64,000 bases of DNA from Candidatus Falkowbacteria bacterium S5_I03 (GTDB lineage: Bacteria; Patescibacteriota; Patescibacteriia; Patescibacteriales; UBA12465). Position 1 is the stretch's first letter. Every line of letters begins with the position of its first letter. The notes under the pieces are model-generated. The model did no database searches. It was not told the origin of the DNA and worked only from the letters and a program-made list of their open reading frames with translations. The DNA lies in NCBI GenBank assembly GCA_019248265.1, contig JAEHGX010000003.1, forward strand, positions 32,617 to 96,616, given 5' to 3'. The position numbers were made by a program, and so were the translations under genes. Of the stretch, positions 61,878 through 64,000 are shown in pieces.

Positions 61878-61881
61878 AACA

Positions 61882-62061
61882 ATGAATGAAATTGATATAG
61901 AAATATTACTTGATCAAATATTTAGTTCTAATTCTGTTCCAACTTTAAAAGCGCCAATTATAATATTTGATTCAAGAGACAATAAAACTATATATCCATC
62001 AGAACTTATAGAAGCCAAAGATGCAGAATCATATGCTAACTGGTGGATGGAGAATCAATAA
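61882..62061 (+). CDS. hypothetical 59-aa protein (below ORF-track cutoff)
   Basis: Hand translation gives MNEIDIEILLDQIFSSNSVPTLKAPIIIFDSRDNKTIYPSELIEAKDAESYANWWMENQ. A TAATG overlap joins it to the next gene. Confidence 0.4.
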   Translation: MNEIDIEILLDQIFSSNSVPTLKAPIIIFDSRDNKTIYPSELIEAKDAESYANWWMENQ

Positions 62062-62567
62062 TGGAACTTATATACGCAATACTAGCTTTAGTAGCCTATA
62101 TCTGGTTCACAGCTCCAAGAATAAGAGACATTGATGAGCTTAAATCTAAATCAAAAGATCCATTTAAAAACTTCACAGTAGAAGACTTTATCCAAGCAGC
62201 TAAAGAAGTGGATGATCAAGACACTTCAAAACCTATAAAACCAGCTAAAGTCTCAAGACCAGAAGCTCCAGACTATACAAGCATACTACTATCAAGCAAT
62301 TCAATTGATGATATTACAGCTTACTATATGCGCCAAGCAAACGATAAGAATTTATACTTTACATATATCAATGAATCTCCAAACTGGCGCTTAAAGAGAG
62401 AAACTAGATTCAACATCGACAAAGGCATCTGTCAAAGCTGCGGTAAGACAATCTACCTTAATAGCTTCCATTGTCACCACATAGCATACAACACACTCTT
62501 TAACGAAGACATGCAAGACTTAGTATCACTATGTTGGTCATGCCATCAAGAAGAGCACAATAATTAA
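62061..62567 (+). CDS. membrane-anchored HNH-motif protein
   Basis: I prefer ATG 62061 (the track starts at 62043). It has an N-terminal TM helix. The C-terminal CQSCGK...FHCHHIAY...LCWSCHQEEH is the same module as in ORF 121..780. Confidence 0.6.
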   Translation: MELIYAILALVAYIWFTAPRIRDIDELKSKSKDPFKNFTVEDFIQAAKEVDDQDTSKPIKPAKVSRPEAPDYTSILLSSNSIDDITAYYMRQANDKNLYFTYINESPNWRLKRETRFNIDKGICQSCGKTIYLNSFHCHHIAYNTLFNEDMQDLVSLCWSCHQEEHNN

Positions 62568-62579
62568 AAGGAATAAACA

Positions 62580-62870
62580 TTGGAAACAATAATAAACCCA
62601 AAAAACAAATATCAAAAAGTTATAATCACTAAAAAAACTTGTATCGTATGTGGTAAAGAAAAATCAGCCAATAGCTTCTATGACCATTACTCTTCAGCTG
62701 ATGGAAAAGCCAACGAATGCAAGAAATGTAAAATACTTCTTGATAAAGAGTATTATCGTGTTAAAAAAGAAGAGAAAGATATACTTCTTAAACAATCTAT
62801 ATCAAGACCTCTAACTGATAAAGAAAACCAATTCATAGCTGATTTCATAGCTAAAAGGAGCTCGCAATGA
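62580..62870 (+). CDS. hypothetical zinc-ribbon protein (96 aa, TTG start)
   Basis: Contains CIVCGK...CKKC. AAGGA lies 8 nt upstream of the TTG start. Confidence 0.45.
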   Translation: METIINPKNKYQKVIITKKTCIVCGKEKSANSFYDHYSSADGKANECKKCKILLDKEYYRVKKEEKDILLKQSISRPLTDKENQFIADFIAKRSSQ

Positions 62871-63313
62871 ATGAAGATAGACTAACATACGATGAATTAT
62901 TGCAATTTAATTATGAAATGATTAAAGATAAAAAAGAGTTTGATGAAGAATTAAGAAGTCGTATAGCTAAGCAAAGAATGATAATAGTTGGAACACCATC
63001 ATTTGATTCATCTGAATTTGAAAAAGTCTTCCAAAGCGCCAGAGATGAAGGATGCGGAATAGCAATATTTAAACCATCACAAGAAGATGGAATTCATATT
63101 GAACAAATTAACAACGAAAATATATTCTTTGGAATATCAAGATCATCATTTGAACCAATGATATATCAAGATGACTTAGCTTATCAATTAGATGAAGAAT
63201 ATAAAGAAAAGCAAGAATATAAAGAATTTGTAATAAATAAATTAATAAAACCACCAAAAAAGAAAAAAACATTTCAAGAAAAATTTGGATATTTAAAAAG
63301 AAAATTTAGATAA
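62867..63313 (+). CDS. hypothetical 148-aa protein
   Basis: ATGA overlap with the upstream gene and an AGGAG RBS. Confidence 0.55.
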   Translation: MNEDRLTYDELLQFNYEMIKDKKEFDEELRSRIAKQRMIIVGTPSFDSSEFEKVFQSARDEGCGIAIFKPSQEDGIHIEQINNENIFFGISRSSFEPMIYQDDLAYQLDEEYKEKQEYKEFVINKLIKPPKKKKTFQEKFGYLKRKFR

Positions 63314-63323
63314 GGAACTCGCA

Positions 63324-63722
63324 ATGAAAGCTAAACAGTTTGAAAAGAAACACGAGCTAGGAAAAAACAATGGATACTATTATAAGAGAATCTGGAAGCA
63401 TTTATTCACTGAATCAGATCCACATAACTACTACAACGCATCTCAGTATCTAACCTATGTTCACAAGCTTAGAAACCTAGTAGCTGATACATTAACTGAT
63501 AAAAACCCTATAGACATCTACGAGTTTTTCGGAGGAGTTAACAAACCTGAAACATGTCATCAATACATTAGAAAGCTTTATATGGTTCAAGAAAAAAATG
63601 CACTAAGACAAACAGTAATATCAAGACATGAAAAAATACTTCAGAAATTTAATGTAGATTATCAAAATATATTACCTAAATTTAAAGGATTAACAGATGA
63701 TAACATCAAAAACAACATATGA
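63324..63722 (+). CDS. hypothetical 132-aa protein
   Basis: ORF with a TAAGGA RBS. Confidence 0.55.
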   Translation: MKAKQFEKKHELGKNNGYYYKRIWKHLFTESDPHNYYNASQYLTYVHKLRNLVADTLTDKNPIDIYEFFGGVNKPETCHQYIRKLYMVQEKNALRQTVISRHEKILQKFNVDYQNILPKFKGLTDDNIKNNI

Positions 63723-63957
63723 AACATCAGATGGTAAATCTTTTGAAACAAAATATGAAGCTGAAATACATGAAGAATCGTTAGAAAACGGAACATACAT
63801 TTTTGTAATAGCAAAGCAATATTATAACTCATATAGCATGTCAATAATTTTTGCATCAGATAGTTATTCTAAAATTTTAAATAAAAAAAAAGAATTAGAA
63901 GATAATAATTTAACAGAAAATTATTCATATTCAATACAAAAAGTAATAAAAATATAA
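63697..63957 (+). CDS. hypothetical 86-aa protein
   Basis: ORF overlapping the upstream gene by 26 nt. Confidence 0.45.
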   Translation: MITSKTTYETSDGKSFETKYEAEIHEESLENGTYIFVIAKQYYNSYSMSIIFASDSYSKILNKKKELEDNNLTENYSYSIQKVIKI

Positions 63958-63968
63958 AAGGATAAAAA

Positions 63969-64000
63969 ATGGGATTATATGTAGAACCAGGTAAAAACAA
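63969..64000 (+). CDS. 5' end of a further gene, truncated by the window edge
   Basis: AAAGGA is followed by ATG 63969 (MGLYVEPGKN...). Confidence 0.35.
   Translation, partial: MGLYVEPGKN

Noticed and set aside
1-64000. Prophage or integrated-element boundaries, integrase or att sites, and terminal direct repeats within the window.
   Set aside because: I recognised no integrase, recombinase or host-like flanking genes. The two window ends are not repeats of each other. The content is consistent with a free lytic-type phage genome that extends beyond the window.

Overview
This window is an AT-rich (about 30% G+C by eye) tailed-phage genome segment organised like N4 (Schitoviridae). I saw no rRNA, tRNA, CRISPR array, integrase, DNA polymerase, helicase or primase.

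Gene layout:
- A leftward (minus-strand) block spans 2289-51888. It encodes giant virion/ejection proteins, including a 2,934-aa virion RNA polymerase with T7-like catalytic motifs and a 1,446-aa partner.
- The same block carries tail fibres, capsid, scaffold and portal genes, a four-gene lysis cassette, and a large terminase interrupted by two inteins.
- Rightward blocks of small early-type genes sit at 1-2256 and 52557-64000. They include a compact 619-aa T7-like single-subunit RNA polymerase.

Signals not explained by ordinary gene annotation:
1. The octamer AGCGCCAG/CTGGCGCT occurs about 84 times (hand count). It appears in both orientations, in all reading frames and in intergenic DNA. 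Inverted pairs of it form terminator-like hairpins, and a 4.2-kb island lacks it entirely.
2. A family of GC-rich structured intergenic elements lies at 36055-36146 and 51048-51124, with a relative at 35083-35174. The two main copies share identical internal blocks and show compensatory stem changes.
3. An array of co-varying 6-bp inverted repeats (GGTACC, GATACC/GGTATC, GACACC/GGTGTC) sits in an 800-bp non-coding region next to a ParB-like gene.
4. An HNH endonuclease gene is nested out of frame inside the second terminase intein, while the intein frame stays open.
5. There is a perfect 1,402-bp tandem duplication.
6. A PAS-domain gene is translationally coupled to the lysis cassette.
7. A zinc-ribbon gene is interrupted by an in-frame TAA.

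All counts and structures were derived by hand from the sequence and need computational confirmation.
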